Source: Promethearchaeota archaeon (GTDB taxonomy: Archaea > Asgardarchaeota > Lokiarchaeia > Sigyniarchaeales > SOKP01). From it: a DNA stretch of 64,000 nt. The stretch lies in NCBI GenBank assembly GCA_048937405.1, contig JBHLNF010000002.1, forward strand, positions 448,001-512,000. Reading direction: 5' to 3'. Positions 19,319 to 30,095 of the stretch are shown here, piece by piece. Made by a program: the position numbers and the translations under genes. The notes under the pieces are model-generated. The model searched no databases and was not told the DNA's origin. It saw only the letters and a list, made by a program, of their open reading frames with translations. Positions within the stretch are counted from its first letter, which is position 1. Every line of letters starts with the position of its first letter.

Positions 19319-20605
19319 ATGAATGATTATAATCTCTTTCGAATTAAAAATCAGACTTATCCAACTTTAAAATTTATAGAGGATTTAAGATGTGAATTAA
19401 GAAATTATTCTGAAGAATTAGCAATGATTTTTCCAAAAAGAATTACCAAATATTCTAATAGAGATCTTTCAAGACTATGGAATGGATATGATTATTATAT
19501 AAAAAATCTGAAAAGGAGAAAAGAAACCTACAGAATTGAAAATGAAAAATTAGATTTATTAAAAACTAGAATATTTAATTTTTATGGTTCAAAGTCTATT
19601 AAATGTTTTGACATTATCCAAAGATATGAGAAGTATAAAATTGATCGGAATTTACTATTTTTTATGCTTAGAGCAGAATTGGGCAGAATTTCTGGATTAA
19701 TTGAAGTTACTAATGAGGAAATGGGTATAATTTTGCAGGGTACACCATATTACATTCATGATAAGATATTTTTTATAAGAAGCCAAAATCCCAATTTCAA
19801 ATTTTCTATAGAAAGGCTTGACTATATGGAGCAGAACATTAAAATTATTTTTGTTTTTAAAGCTAAAGGCATATTAAAATTTATTCAAAAATATAAAAGG
19901 ATTAATCCAGACTTAAAATTGTATTCAAAACAACAATATGTAATCAAGAAACCATATTTTTTTAAGAAAATAGATACTTTTGAGAAAGCATATTGGTTTG
20001 GTTTTTTACAAGCAGATGGATGGTTAGATTTAAAGGAATGTCGTTTAGGTCTCGAACTCTCAATTAAAGATAAAGATCAAGTTATTGCATGGGCAAAATT
20101 AATGGGACTTGAATCTAATCGTGTAAAAGAGCGTATTAGAATCCTAAAATATAAAGGAAAAATAAAGAGTTTTAAAATGGTAAATTTAAAGTTTGTTTGT
20201 AAACCAATGGCAATAGATCTTTTTAATCATGGATTTATAAAATTAAAAAAAGGAACTCTTGATATTCCAAAATTTGTTACAAAAAGTATAAGAAAAAAAA
20301 ATAAGATTATAGCATATGCATGGCTTTTGGGATTATTTGATGGAGATGGAACTCTAAATGAAGATAAGAAATTAGTTAGACTTTATTCGAATAATAAAAT
20401 GCTTCTAATTAAAATTAAATACTATTTTAATATTTGTTATGGTGTTCTAAAAAACCATGAAGGACAATTATGTGAATTCATATCGAAAAATTCAAATAGT
20501 GAGTATATTAAATCAAAACCTCAATATTCTTTGCAAATAGATTGGGACATTTTTAAAAACAATTTAAATATTAGAAATTATGGATTACAAAGAAAACGAG
20601 TTTAA
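19319..20605 (+). CDS. Free-standing double-motif LAGLIDADG endonuclease-like protein
   Basis: AYWFGFLQADG and AWLLGLFDGDG motifs; very basic; ~220-aa N-terminal extension. Confidence 0.8.
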   Translation: MNDYNLFRIKNQTYPTLKFIEDLRCELRNYSEELAMIFPKRITKYSNRDLSRLWNGYDYYIKNLKRRKETYRIENEKLDLLKTRIFNFYGSKSIKCFDIIQRYEKYKIDRNLLFFMLRAELGRISGLIEVTNEEMGIILQGTPYYIHDKIFFIRSQNPNFKFSIERLDYMEQNIKIIFVFKAKGILKFIQKYKRINPDLKLYSKQQYVIKKPYFFKKIDTFEKAYWFGFLQADGWLDLKECRLGLELSIKDKDQVIAWAKLMGLESNRVKERIRILKYKGKIKSFKMVNLKFVCKPMAIDLFNHGFIKLKKGTLDIPKFVTKSIRKKNKIIAYAWLLGLFDGDGTLNEDKKLVRLYSNNKMLLIKIKYYFNICYGVLKNHEGQLCEFISKNSNSEYIKSKPQYSLQIDWDIFKNNLNIRNYGLQRKRV

Positions 20606-20636
20606 ATAGATTTAATATTAAATTACAAAAAAAAAT

Positions 20637-21431
20637 TTAAAGTCCTTTTGGACTATTTTGATAAATTTTAAATGCTTCCTCAACAGAAGCGTTTTCATGA
20701 ACTATTGCGCGTACAGCTTTAATCATTCCAATAGGGGAATCGCTTTGGAATATATTCCTTCCCATGTCGACACCGATTGCTCCTCTATCAATAGCATCCT
20801 TACTCATTTGCAATGCATCTTTTTCTGGAATTTTTCGTCCACCTGCGATAACAATTGGTGCAGGACAAATGCCTGTAACTTCTTGAAAGTTCTCACAATA
20901 ATACGTCTTTACAAAAGTAGCACCCATTTCTGCTGCCATTCTGCTTGCCATTCCTAGATATCGTGCATCTCTAACCATTTCTCTACCTACAGCTGTGACC
21001 GCTAAAGTAGGAATACCATATTGTTGCCCCCAGTTGACTAATTTTGATAAATTCATTAAAGATTGCTTCTCATATTCACCTCCCACAAATATTGAGCAAG
21101 TAATCGCAGAAACATTTAATCTTAATGCATCATCTACAGCAACATTTATTTCTTCATTAGAGAGTTCTTTTAACATTGAAGCACCAGCAGATACGCGTAA
21201 AACAATTGGTACATCAAGTTCTGAAGGTACACAATTTCTTAGCATCCCACGTGTAAGCATTAGTGCGTCAGCATATTCAAATAATGGGGTCATATCACTA
21301 AAACATTTTAATTGACCGGGAATATTTCCGAAATATCCATGATCGATAGCTAACATTACGCATCGTCCAGATTTAGGTTTGATGATCCTATTTAGCCTAT
21401 TTTGAAAGCCCCAATCACCCACTACAACCAT
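20637..21431 (-). CDS. lsrF: LsrF-type class I aldolase/thiolase
   Basis: DWGFQNRL, LAIDHGYF, VKTYY, VIAGG, GVDMGRNIFQS. Confidence 0.85.
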   Translation of the reverse strand: MVVVGDWGFQNRLNRIIKPKSGRCVMLAIDHGYFGNIPGQLKCFSDMTPLFEYADALMLTRGMLRNCVPSELDVPIVLRVSAGASMLKELSNEEINVAVDDALRLNVSAITCSIFVGGEYEKQSLMNLSKLVNWGQQYGIPTLAVTAVGREMVRDARYLGMASRMAAEMGATFVKTYYCENFQEVTGICPAPIVIAGGRKIPEKDALQMSKDAIDRGAIGVDMGRNIFQSDSPIGMIKAVRAIVHENASVEEAFKIYQNSPKGL

Positions 21432-21550
21432 TTTTTGTTCCCTCTTTAATATTTTGAATATAAAATTAGGTTTATTTTTTTAAAATAAATTAATGATCGC
21501 TATTTTATTTTTTCTAAAAAATCTACAAAAGAAACATCATTAAAAAATAT

Positions 21551-22399
21551 TTAAAGCACACTTAAGAATTTTCCCACTCTGCTCTTAATTTTTGAGGCTA
21601 AGCTTTTTGAAATATTCCGTTTTATAAACTCTTTTATTAAATTCAAGCGGTAATTGTTAATTTTCTTTATTTGTAGATCATTTGAAATTTTTTCTATTAG
21701 CTCATCTTCATAAATTTCGCTAATATCCTTAAGAACTGAAATTGTATATTTAACTTCTTTTACAAAATTGATAATATCTTGTCGTAATAGCATTATTTGT
21801 TGCTCTCCATCCATAATTTCGATTGCTCGTTTAATGATATCCTCTTCAAATTTAAGTTTCGATGTCCACGGAGTTTGAAAAATGTTTTGATGTGTATCCA
21901 TTATAAAAGCATCCGAATCTTTAATTTTAATTTTATTCAGTGTTTTCTTTTCAAGTAGAAAAAAAGTTTTATTACCTCTGTATTCCTCCGGTAAGAAATT
22001 ATCCCAAATACTATTAAGTGATTCCTCATTATATTCGAAATCATCATCATTTAAAATATACGTAGGATAATTGAAGATTTTTGCATGTATTAAATTTAAA
22101 ATGCCATATACTCCAAAAATCTTAATCAAATTTCTTAGATTGCCTTTTTCTGAAACTTCAGTTTTATCCAATTGAGCAATATGCATCAGTTGGATGTCAA
22201 TTTTATCGTATCCTATTATATTTCCTTTTGTGTCTACGAATACAATAAACTGATGCTGTGGACATACAGCTTTTATAGGTACTTGTATTTTAATAGAGCC
22301 AAATTTTTTTTGAGAAAAAACAGCTTCAGGAATATTAATACTTTTCACAATTCCACATATTGGACATTTAACTTCGAGTGTTTTAAATATATCAGTCAT
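21551..22399 (-). CDS. Hypothetical protein with N-terminal Zn-ribbon
   Basis: CPIC...CPQHQFIVFVD. Confidence 0.65.
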   Translation of the reverse strand: MTDIFKTLEVKCPICGIVKSINIPEAVFSQKKFGSIKIQVPIKAVCPQHQFIVFVDTKGNIIGYDKIDIQLMHIAQLDKTEVSEKGNLRNLIKIFGVYGILNLIHAKIFNYPTYILNDDDFEYNEESLNSIWDNFLPEEYRGNKTFFLLEKKTLNKIKIKDSDAFIMDTHQNIFQTPWTSKLKFEEDIIKRAIEIMDGEQQIMLLRQDIINFVKEVKYTISVLKDISEIYEDELIEKISNDLQIKKINNYRLNLIKEFIKRNISKSLASKIKSRVGKFLSVL

Positions 22400-22591
22400 T
22401 ATTTAAATTATTTAAGAAATATTTGTAAAAATATTATTGTGCACAAGAATAAATAATTTTTTTTTAGATATGTCTTTATTCATTCTGAATTTTACTTTTT
22501 AATAAATCCAAATTAAAATTTTTTATATTTTCAAATCTTCTAGTAATCAATATCTAGCTACTTGGATTTAAATTTAATTTAAGAGATATTT

Positions 22592-23896
22592 ATGGAAATT
22601 GAAGTTTTAAAAGAAGATTCTGAGTATATGTATAATATCATAGAAAAGATAATTGACGAATGTGGACCGCGAATGCCATGTAGTCCTCAAGAAGCCAAAA
22701 GTGCGGAAATCATTAAAAAAGAACTTGAACAAACATGTGATGAAGTAAAGATTGAACCTTTCAGATGTCATCCAAGAGCAGCGCTTGGGTGGATAAGGAT
22801 TGCAATTCTAACTGTTGTAATGTCGTTTAGTTTATTTTTTTTAATAAAACTATTTCAGGATTCAATATGGGTATATTTATTGTCTGTTTTATCATCGTTT
22901 TTTATAATATTAGGAATTACAATTGCGTGGGAGGAGTTTTTCTGTTATAAAGAATTTATTGATCCTATTTTTAAAGAAAAAGAATCACAAAATGTTATTG
23001 GTAAGATAAAATCTCCGGATAAAATTAATAAAATCATAATTTTTTCAGGTCACCATGATAGTGCTTTGCAATTTAATCTTTTAAGATATTTTAAATATGG
23101 TTATGTACCAATAGTCTTTCTAGGATTGGGCATTTTTTTTCTCTGGTTTCTCGTTTCTTTATTTTTCTTATTTTTAACCCTCTTCACATTTATCATAGAT
23201 TTTGTTAAGATATATGATTTTTTCTTTTACATAGCACTTTGTTTAATAATAATCGCAGCTGCACCAATGGTGCTTTTGCTGTTTTTTGTTACCCCTGGAA
23301 AAGGAGCCAATAAGGTTCCTGGTGCAGTAGACAACTTAAGTGCGGTTGCTGTTGTACTAGGTATTGGCAGATATCTAAAGAATAATAAAGAATTAATTCC
23401 TAAAAACACAGAAATAAGGTTAATTTCATTTGGATGTGAGGAAGCTTTTTTAAGAGGTGCCTATCGTTATGTAAAAAATCACTTAGATGGATTAAAAAGA
23501 TATGATACAGAATGTGTGAATATGGATGGAATTCAAAGTTTGAAAAACCTTTCATTTTTAGATAAAGAACCTACGACTAGAACGATTCATAGTGAAGAAG
23601 TTGTTCAAAAACTTAATGAAGCTGCTAAATTAGTTGGTGTTAAAGTAAAAGTGTCTAGTTTAGGAGGAGGAAGCTTTCTAGAAAATATTGTAGGTATAAT
23701 AGGAGGAGGTACTGATGCTACTGCTTTTTCAAAATCAAATATTAAAGCAAGTAGCATCACAGCTATAAATCTATTAAAATTTGTTCATTTTTACCATCAG
23801 GAAACAGATACTCTCGATAAAATAGAAGAGGGTGCATTGGAATGTGCTTTAAAGCTATGTCTTGGATATTTGATAAACGAATCTCAAAATAAATAA
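22592..23896 (+). CDS. Membrane-bound M28 family metallopeptidase
   Basis: GHHDS, GAVDN, GCEE, NMD, GTDA, YHQETD plus TM helices. Confidence 0.88.
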   Translation: MEIEVLKEDSEYMYNIIEKIIDECGPRMPCSPQEAKSAEIIKKELEQTCDEVKIEPFRCHPRAALGWIRIAILTVVMSFSLFFLIKLFQDSIWVYLLSVLSSFFIILGITIAWEEFFCYKEFIDPIFKEKESQNVIGKIKSPDKINKIIIFSGHHDSALQFNLLRYFKYGYVPIVFLGLGIFFLWFLVSLFFLFLTLFTFIIDFVKIYDFFFYIALCLIIIAAAPMVLLLFFVTPGKGANKVPGAVDNLSAVAVVLGIGRYLKNNKELIPKNTEIRLISFGCEEAFLRGAYRYVKNHLDGLKRYDTECVNMDGIQSLKNLSFLDKEPTTRTIHSEEVVQKLNEAAKLVGVKVKVSSLGGGSFLENIVGIIGGGTDATAFSKSNIKASSITAINLLKFVHFYHQETDTLDKIEEGALECALKLCLGYLINESQNK

Positions 23897-23999
23897 TAGC
23901 AATTAATGCCATTTTTAATTTAATTAGAATATCTTCAATAAGCTTTTTGAATGACTCTTCAATAAAATTAAGAAATTAAAAAAGAAAAATAAAGTGAAA

Positions 24000-26585
24000 T
24001 CAGAAATCTGTTCTTTCTTTAGCGAGCAATCTTACAATAATCATTATGAGGAGAGTTGGAACAACGCCAATACCAAAAACTAAGAACAATGTTGCGTTAA
24101 AAAGATTTGGGAAAGTAACGTTTAAAAATAATTGACCTATCGTATCTATTAAATAATGTATTATTATACTAGGTATCAGGCTTTTAGTTTTAGTATACAT
24201 ATAAGCAAAAGCAAAACCCAAAAAGCTAGCAAATATTATTTGCATAAAAGTAAGATAATAGTTTTGTCCACTTAATAGATTCAATAAATGAAAAAGACCA
24301 AAAAACAAACCGTTTAGAATTATTGAAGTAGTTCGAGAATATTTTTTTAATTGCAAATTTAATATAACACCTCTAAAAGCTACTTCTTCCCATAATCCTG
24401 CTCTAAGCATAAATAGGAATATAAACCATCCCATTCTAAGACTTCCTGATTCTATTCTAGGATTTCTTAACAGAATACTAGGATCGAATGAATAACTGCC
24501 AAGAATTATAGCAAAAAGTACTGTAGAAAACCCAAATACTACAATACTAGCAATACATATTAAAAGATTACGCCATACGGGTTTAAAAGTAACTAATTTA
24601 ATTGTTTGAGTATATTCTTTAAATGATTCTTTATTTGGTAATTTTAATCCTAACGGAACTAATACTAACCATAATAACGCCAACAATCCAAGGTTTATAA
24701 AGAAGTCACTCAATAATGTTGCTAATACTGGAAGATCTAATAAAATGGGTAATAAAAGGAATTCAATTGGACCTACTAAGAACATAAAAACAAAATATAA
24801 AGCCATCAATGAGAAAGTTCCCCAATTTACATGTTCTCTTAGAAAACCTCCTGTAATATAATCCCTGATTTCTTCTTTCTTAGGAAATAATCTGGAAAAC
24901 GCAAATATCAAAATAATCAATGAAATAATACCAATTATCCCTAAGGTTATTATTGTAATCTCAAATCCGAAGAGAACAAATAATATTGACCCTATTATAA
25001 AAATAGTAATAAAAAAAGCACCTTCTATTAGGATCATGCTAATCCATTTTATAATCTTATGTTCTTTATTTAATTCTACAAGAACATACTTATATTTCAT
25101 TTGACCAAATAACTTAATTTTCATTTCAAACAAGAGTAATAAGAAAGACCAAGCAATAGGTAAACTTACTAAAAGTAATATAAGTACAATGATTGAATTC
25201 AATAGAATTGTAAGTATTAATGAGGTTAAGGTAAGAGACAATCCTTGAATAGACAAGATTAGAAATATCTTCCCTTTTGCCTGATCTCTAGGGAGTATCG
25301 GTAAGGAAGCTACTGTAGATGAGCCTGATTCTTCAATATTTAGAAATCCCACAATTAACATAAATGGAATAATGAGGTAAACGATGAGAATAATACTCCA
25401 TAGGATTAATATTCCCTCGATCGAGGTTATTGCCATTGTGATTGCTGTAGTCATTGTAAAAATAAAAAATAATGGATAAAATATTGGTAAGAAGATAAAC
25501 ATAAATGATTGAATATCTCGAGTAGATGATGTAATGTCTTTTCGAATATAGGCTATAATACTTGAAGTGGATTTTATTTCAATTTCAATCTCTTTCTTTT
25601 CTGTCTTTTCAGTTTTAATTTCTGCTGATATCGCACTATGCAGTGATTTTTGAGCATGTTTAAATAACCTCCATACAAAAACTAAAAATAAGGCAAAACC
25701 AGTAAAAGAAGTAAGAATAATACCTAAATGTAATTGACCTGAAATAGTAGCTAATGATATTAAATATGCTGAAGAAAAAGGATATGGTATAATGCCTAAA
25801 AAAATGATTAAAAAAATGTTAGGTTCGCTATTAGCAAAAACTTCGAAAAGACTCTCAACTGTAGTTATTCCCCAGCTAAAAATAAAACTGCTTGTAAACA
25901 TTATGATAAAATATCCAAGCATAGTTATAGTTCTGAGTAAGTTTGCTCTTCTTGATCCGGATTTCGATTCTGCAAAAAGAAAACTCATCTTTTCTCCAAC
26001 AATGACTAGTACACTAAAGCAAAATAAAATATTAAAAAAGGATGTTAATAATGACGCAAGGAAAATCAGTATATTTTGTGTTCCTATTAACATAATAACT
26101 GGAAATCCAATCATTAAAACTATCATAGGGATATCGAGATTACGAAATATTGTCATTATACCAATTTTTTTTAAGTTTTTTTTAGATATAGGAAGTGTTT
26201 GCAACCATTTGAAAGAATTACCTGACATAAATGAACTAGTTGATATCATACCTAACATTAAGAAATATAGAAGCGTTAATCCAAAATAAAGCACAAATAG
26301 AAGAGATGATATAAAAAAAAGTGTATTTATCGTATAAACACCTTCAGTAAGATGCTCATTAATTGAAAAAAAACTTGCTAATGGAAAAATAGGTAATACT
26401 AAAAATAGAAATGAAAATACAATTTTAAGCACATTAAATTGAGTTTTAACATAGTTCTTGTTTCTCTTAAATTTTTCAATTAGTCTTGCTTGATGAGCAC
26501 CCGCACTTGCTATTTGACTATCCATTAAAATTTCATAACAGGTGAATTTTGATAGATGGTAAAACTTTAAATTTTCTTCTTCCAT
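24000..26585 (-). CDS. ABC-type permease fused to a C-terminal CPBP (Abi/CAAX protease-like) domain
   Basis: Many TM helices; C-terminal EEVAFRG, FGLFH, IIHYLID motifs; 10 nt downstream of the ABC ATPase. Confidence 0.8.
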   Translation of the reverse strand: MEEENLKFYHLSKFTCYEILMDSQIASAGAHQARLIEKFKRNKNYVKTQFNVLKIVFSFLFLVLPIFPLASFFSINEHLTEGVYTINTLFFISSLLFVLYFGLTLLYFLMLGMISTSSFMSGNSFKWLQTLPISKKNLKKIGIMTIFRNLDIPMIVLMIGFPVIMLIGTQNILIFLASLLTSFFNILFCFSVLVIVGEKMSFLFAESKSGSRRANLLRTITMLGYFIIMFTSSFIFSWGITTVESLFEVFANSEPNIFLIIFLGIIPYPFSSAYLISLATISGQLHLGIILTSFTGFALFLVFVWRLFKHAQKSLHSAISAEIKTEKTEKKEIEIEIKSTSSIIAYIRKDITSSTRDIQSFMFIFLPIFYPLFFIFTMTTAITMAITSIEGILILWSIILIVYLIIPFMLIVGFLNIEESGSSTVASLPILPRDQAKGKIFLILSIQGLSLTLTSLILTILLNSIIVLILLLVSLPIAWSFLLLLFEMKIKLFGQMKYKYVLVELNKEHKIIKWISMILIEGAFFITIFIIGSILFVLFGFEITIITLGIIGIISLIILIFAFSRLFPKKEEIRDYITGGFLREHVNWGTFSLMALYFVFMFLVGPIEFLLLPILLDLPVLATLLSDFFINLGLLALLWLVLVPLGLKLPNKESFKEYTQTIKLVTFKPVWRNLLICIASIVVFGFSTVLFAIILGSYSFDPSILLRNPRIESGSLRMGWFIFLFMLRAGLWEEVAFRGVILNLQLKKYSRTTSIILNGLFFGLFHLLNLLSGQNYYLTFMQIIFASFLGFAFAYMYTKTKSLIPSIIIHYLIDTIGQLFLNVTFPNLFNATLFLVFGIGVVPTLLIMIIVRLLAKERTDF

Positions 26586-26595
26586 CTCATTAAAC

Positions 26596-27399
26596 CTATA
26601 TATTTCTCGATTTAAAGGATTGTCTTAACTTCTCAACTATTTCATTTACAGATGTGTCTTGCTCAGTTAACCTTAAAAAAACATCCTCCAAGCTTGCTCC
26701 GATTTTGTTAGATTGCTTGCGAAGTTCTTCCATTGTGCCAATCCCAACCATTTTACCTTTATTTATAATCCCTATTCTATCACATAAATCTTGAGCAATC
26801 TCCATAATATGTGTTGAAAATAATACTGATCCACCCCTTTGTGTATGAATTTCTAATATAGATTTAAATACTCTTACAGATTTTGCATCTAAGCCTGAGA
26901 TTGGTTCATCTAAAATCAGTAAATCTGGTTCATGAAGGATAGCTGCTATTATTTGCAATTTTTGTTTATTACCGTGGGATAAGGTAGCAATTAATTGATC
27001 ATAATATTCCTCTGCTTCCAAGCTTTCTAAATATTCTTTTGCGAGAACAGTCGTTTTTTCTTCATCTAATTGTCTTATTGAGGCAATAAAATTGAACAAA
27101 TTTTTTGGAGTTAATGATTTGAAAATCAATGGCTCCTCACTTACATACCCAATTCGACGTTTAATCTCCACTTCATCACGTTCAGGATTCATCCCAAACA
27201 CACTCATTTCTCCTTCATTTGGCTCAAGCAATCCTAATAATAGCTTTATTGTGGTTGTTTTTCCAGCCCCATTTGGTCCTAAAAGTCCAAAAACTTCACC
27301 TTGATGAACACTAAAAGATATCCCATCTACGGCTTTAACATCACCAAAAAATTTCTTTAATCCATCGACTTTAATTATTTCATGATTAGACATTGTCAA
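26596..27399 (-). CDS. ABC transporter ATP-binding protein (ABC-2 exporter type)
   Basis: GPNGAGKTT, LSHGNKQK signature variant, LILDEP, STH. Confidence 0.93.
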   Translation of the reverse strand: MTMSNHEIIKVDGLKKFFGDVKAVDGISFSVHQGEVFGLLGPNGAGKTTTIKLLLGLLEPNEGEMSVFGMNPERDEVEIKRRIGYVSEEPLIFKSLTPKNLFNFIASIRQLDEEKTTVLAKEYLESLEAEEYYDQLIATLSHGNKQKLQIIAAILHEPDLLILDEPISGLDAKSVRVFKSILEIHTQRGGSVLFSTHIMEIAQDLCDRIGIINKGKMVGIGTMEELRKQSNKIGASLEDVFLRLTEQDTSVNEIVEKLRQSFKSRNI

Positions 27400-27621
27400 T
27401 CAATAAAATTGATATTTTAACATAAATTTTCGCAGAAAAAATTATATATATACATTTATATTTTTACATATAATACTATATTTAAATATTATGAAATATT
27501 CTTAGTTAAGGTAAAAAGCTTTTCTACCAATAGATTATAATTATTTTAATGATATATCTCAGTATATATTAATTCCATAGAAACACATAATTTTGAATTC
27601 AAATCCAATATCATACCCGTC

Positions 27622-28566
27622 TCATTCCTGATTGACGATTATTACTATTGAAATTATTATTATTATCGTCCCAACTAAATGGGCTATACTAAACGTTTCT
27701 CCAAGAATAATAGTGGCAAAAAATGCAGAAGATATCGGAGTAGGGGCCAATAAAGTAGTTGCTTTTGAAACATCCAAATAAGAGAGTGTTAAATACCAAC
27801 ATATTAGTCCTGATCCGTACACGGCTCCCATTACAAAAAAAAATAATAAATTGGCAGGTTCAGTAAAAAGATAATAATCTGGAGTAAAGAAGATTAAATA
27901 AGTAGATAATAAAACCATACCAGATATAAAATTCCTAAGAAAGACCATTTGAATTGGTGTTGCTTCATTTCTAGTAAATATTGGTTTTGTTAGTGTATGA
28001 CCAACCATATATAAAAACGCAATTAATAGTAATATTCCTACTCCAATCAAAATATTGATACTTATTTCAAGTAGACTAAAAAATTGAGTAATACTTATCG
28101 CCAAACCAAAAAATAGTACAAATGAAAATAAAATTTGAATTTTTGTTATCTTTTCTTTTAAAATTAAATATCCTAAAATTATTCCAAAAAAAACTGTGGT
28201 TTTTTGAGTTAAAGAACCATTAATAGCACCAGCCAAATCATAGCCTACAAAGAAGAAAACTTGGTTTACACTGAATACAATTCCAATAAAAATTAATAAA
28301 GAAAGATTTTTCTTCCAGTTTTTTAAATACTCAAATTTTTTATATTCATTTATATTACTATTAAAATTTTGAGTTTTTTTCTTCAAAATTTTTAATTCAT
28401 AAACCATTATTGGTAAAAAAATTATTGATTCAACCAAACATGTCATAGCTCCTGAGATATACGCATCAACAGCGCTAGGTCTTGAAATTGCAATTATTGG
28501 TTGTAATCCAACAAAAAAGATTGCTATAAACCCAGTTACTAGACCTTTCTTAATGTTTTTATCCAA
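27622..28566 (-). CDS. EamA/DMT family transporter
   Basis: About 10 TM helices in two repeats; ILKEKI and ILGETF motifs. Confidence 0.85.
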   Translation of the reverse strand: MDKNIKKGLVTGFIAIFFVGLQPIIAISRPSAVDAYISGAMTCLVESIIFLPIMVYELKILKKKTQNFNSNINEYKKFEYLKNWKKNLSLLIFIGIVFSVNQVFFFVGYDLAGAINGSLTQKTTVFFGIILGYLILKEKITKIQILFSFVLFFGLAISITQFFSLLEISINILIGVGILLLIAFLYMVGHTLTKPIFTRNEATPIQMVFLRNFISGMVLLSTYLIFFTPDYYLFTEPANLLFFFVMGAVYGSGLICWYLTLSYLDVSKATTLLAPTPISSAFFATIILGETFSIAHLVGTIIIIISIVIIVNQE

Positions 28567-28640
28567 CGTAAATATGAAAATGTAGTGAATACTTTAAAGT
28601 TTTATTTTGAAAGTAATTAGTTAATTTTTTTCAAAAATAA

Positions 28641-30068
28641 TTATTTTAAAGCTTTTTTAACTATCTTGCTTAATTCATTTGCTAAAGTTTCCTCAATTGG
28701 TTTTATAGAGGGTTTTTCTAATATTTGAATAGAAAGGTTCTTTGCCCTTTTTCTAGCAGATTGAGAACCCTTTTCTTTCCATGTATCTCTTGTCATTCTA
28801 TCTATTATCGAACTTGGAAGAAATAATTCTTTTCTAAAATACTTTAGTGTTGATGGATGAGATAATAATTCTTGCTTTGATTCATAATCATTTAATATTT
28901 CTGAAGCAAATGGGGAACCGTAATTTTCAATTCCTTGTAATAACCTTTTAACCATTCCAACTATTTCATTATCAATAATTAATTTTTCAATACTTTGTGT
29001 AGATTCAAAATCAAGCATTCCAGGACCAGAAACCATATTTATACCTGCTAATCCTGCTAAAAGCGCACCCATTCCTGCTTCAAAACCTGCCTGCGCATCT
29101 GGTATTTTTGAATCACTAAGCGACATATACGCATGTGTAGGAAGTTTTAAGAATTTGCCTATTTCAGTATCACCAATATTAATCATCATTGTTTCTATCG
29201 CACCCATAGGAGTTGTACCGTGTTTCATATCAAAAACTGCTGGAGATCCTCCCCAAATTAATGGTGCACCACGTTTTGCTAATTGAACTATAACTACTCC
29301 AGCAAGACATTCAGCACAGTGTTGAGTTATTGATCCTATTAGTGTTATTGGGGCACTGGCGCCAGCTAAAGGCATAGATACAAATTCGGAAGGAATCATA
29401 CTTTTTGCAGCATCTATTAATGATTGAGTTGTGAGATCCGACCATTTTAAAGGTGGACTGGGACAAGCATCGAATATGGCTAGTGGTTTTTTTGCTAAAT
29501 CATCTTCAGATAATCTACATGTTAGAAGGATTTCTTTCATGATAGAGAAACTTTCTTTCCGAAAGGTTCCTGTTATTACAGGTTTATAACAATGAGATAA
29601 AGCAAGATATAATCTATGCCAGTCCTGAGCCTTTTTTGGAACATCTTGATAAATTAAAGCAGTACTCTGTGCTTCAATATATTCTAATTGATCAACTATT
29701 TTTGAAAACCTAATGAAATCTTTGGATTCCGCTTCTCTAATTTCTCCACTATCCTCATCCAGAATAAAAATTGCAGCAGATCCTGGATCAAAATGAGTAT
29801 TGTCATCTTTTAATGTAATATGGGCATTACCCTCTCGATCGAATAAAGTAATATCATGAGGAACTGTTTCTAAACATTTATCTATTAAATCAGAGGGAAT
29901 GAAATATCGTAATCCTTCATGACTGATACCATTTTGTTCAAATAAATTAATTGCTTCTTGATTTTCAATAAAAACTCCTTGATTTTCAAGAATAAATTTA
30001 GCTTCTTCAAAAATTTGTTCTTTATGTTCAATATCTAAAATTTTTATACTTGGTTTAATAATCGGCAA
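28641..30068 (-). CDS. mttB: MttB-superfamily corrinoid methyltransferase, no pyrrolysine
   Basis: PSPPLKW, MPLAGASAPITL, SDSKIPDAQAG, GPGML; no in-frame TAG, Leu at the approximate Pyl position. Confidence 0.85.
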   Translation of the reverse strand: MPIIKPSIKILDIEHKEQIFEEAKFILENQGVFIENQEAINLFEQNGISHEGLRYFIPSDLIDKCLETVPHDITLFDREGNAHITLKDDNTHFDPGSAAIFILDEDSGEIREAESKDFIRFSKIVDQLEYIEAQSTALIYQDVPKKAQDWHRLYLALSHCYKPVITGTFRKESFSIMKEILLTCRLSEDDLAKKPLAIFDACPSPPLKWSDLTTQSLIDAAKSMIPSEFVSMPLAGASAPITLIGSITQHCAECLAGVVIVQLAKRGAPLIWGGSPAVFDMKHGTTPMGAIETMMINIGDTEIGKFLKLPTHAYMSLSDSKIPDAQAGFEAGMGALLAGLAGINMVSGPGMLDFESTQSIEKLIIDNEIVGMVKRLLQGIENYGSPFASEILNDYESKQELLSHPSTLKYFRKELFLPSSIIDRMTRDTWKEKGSQSARKRAKNLSIQILEKPSIKPIEETLANELSKIVKKALK

Positions 30069-30095
30069 GTAGTTAATCTCCTCCTTCGCAAAATT

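Noticed and set aside
28641-30068. Pyrrolysine-containing trimethylamine methyltransferase
   Set aside because: No in-frame TAG; the ORF is continuous
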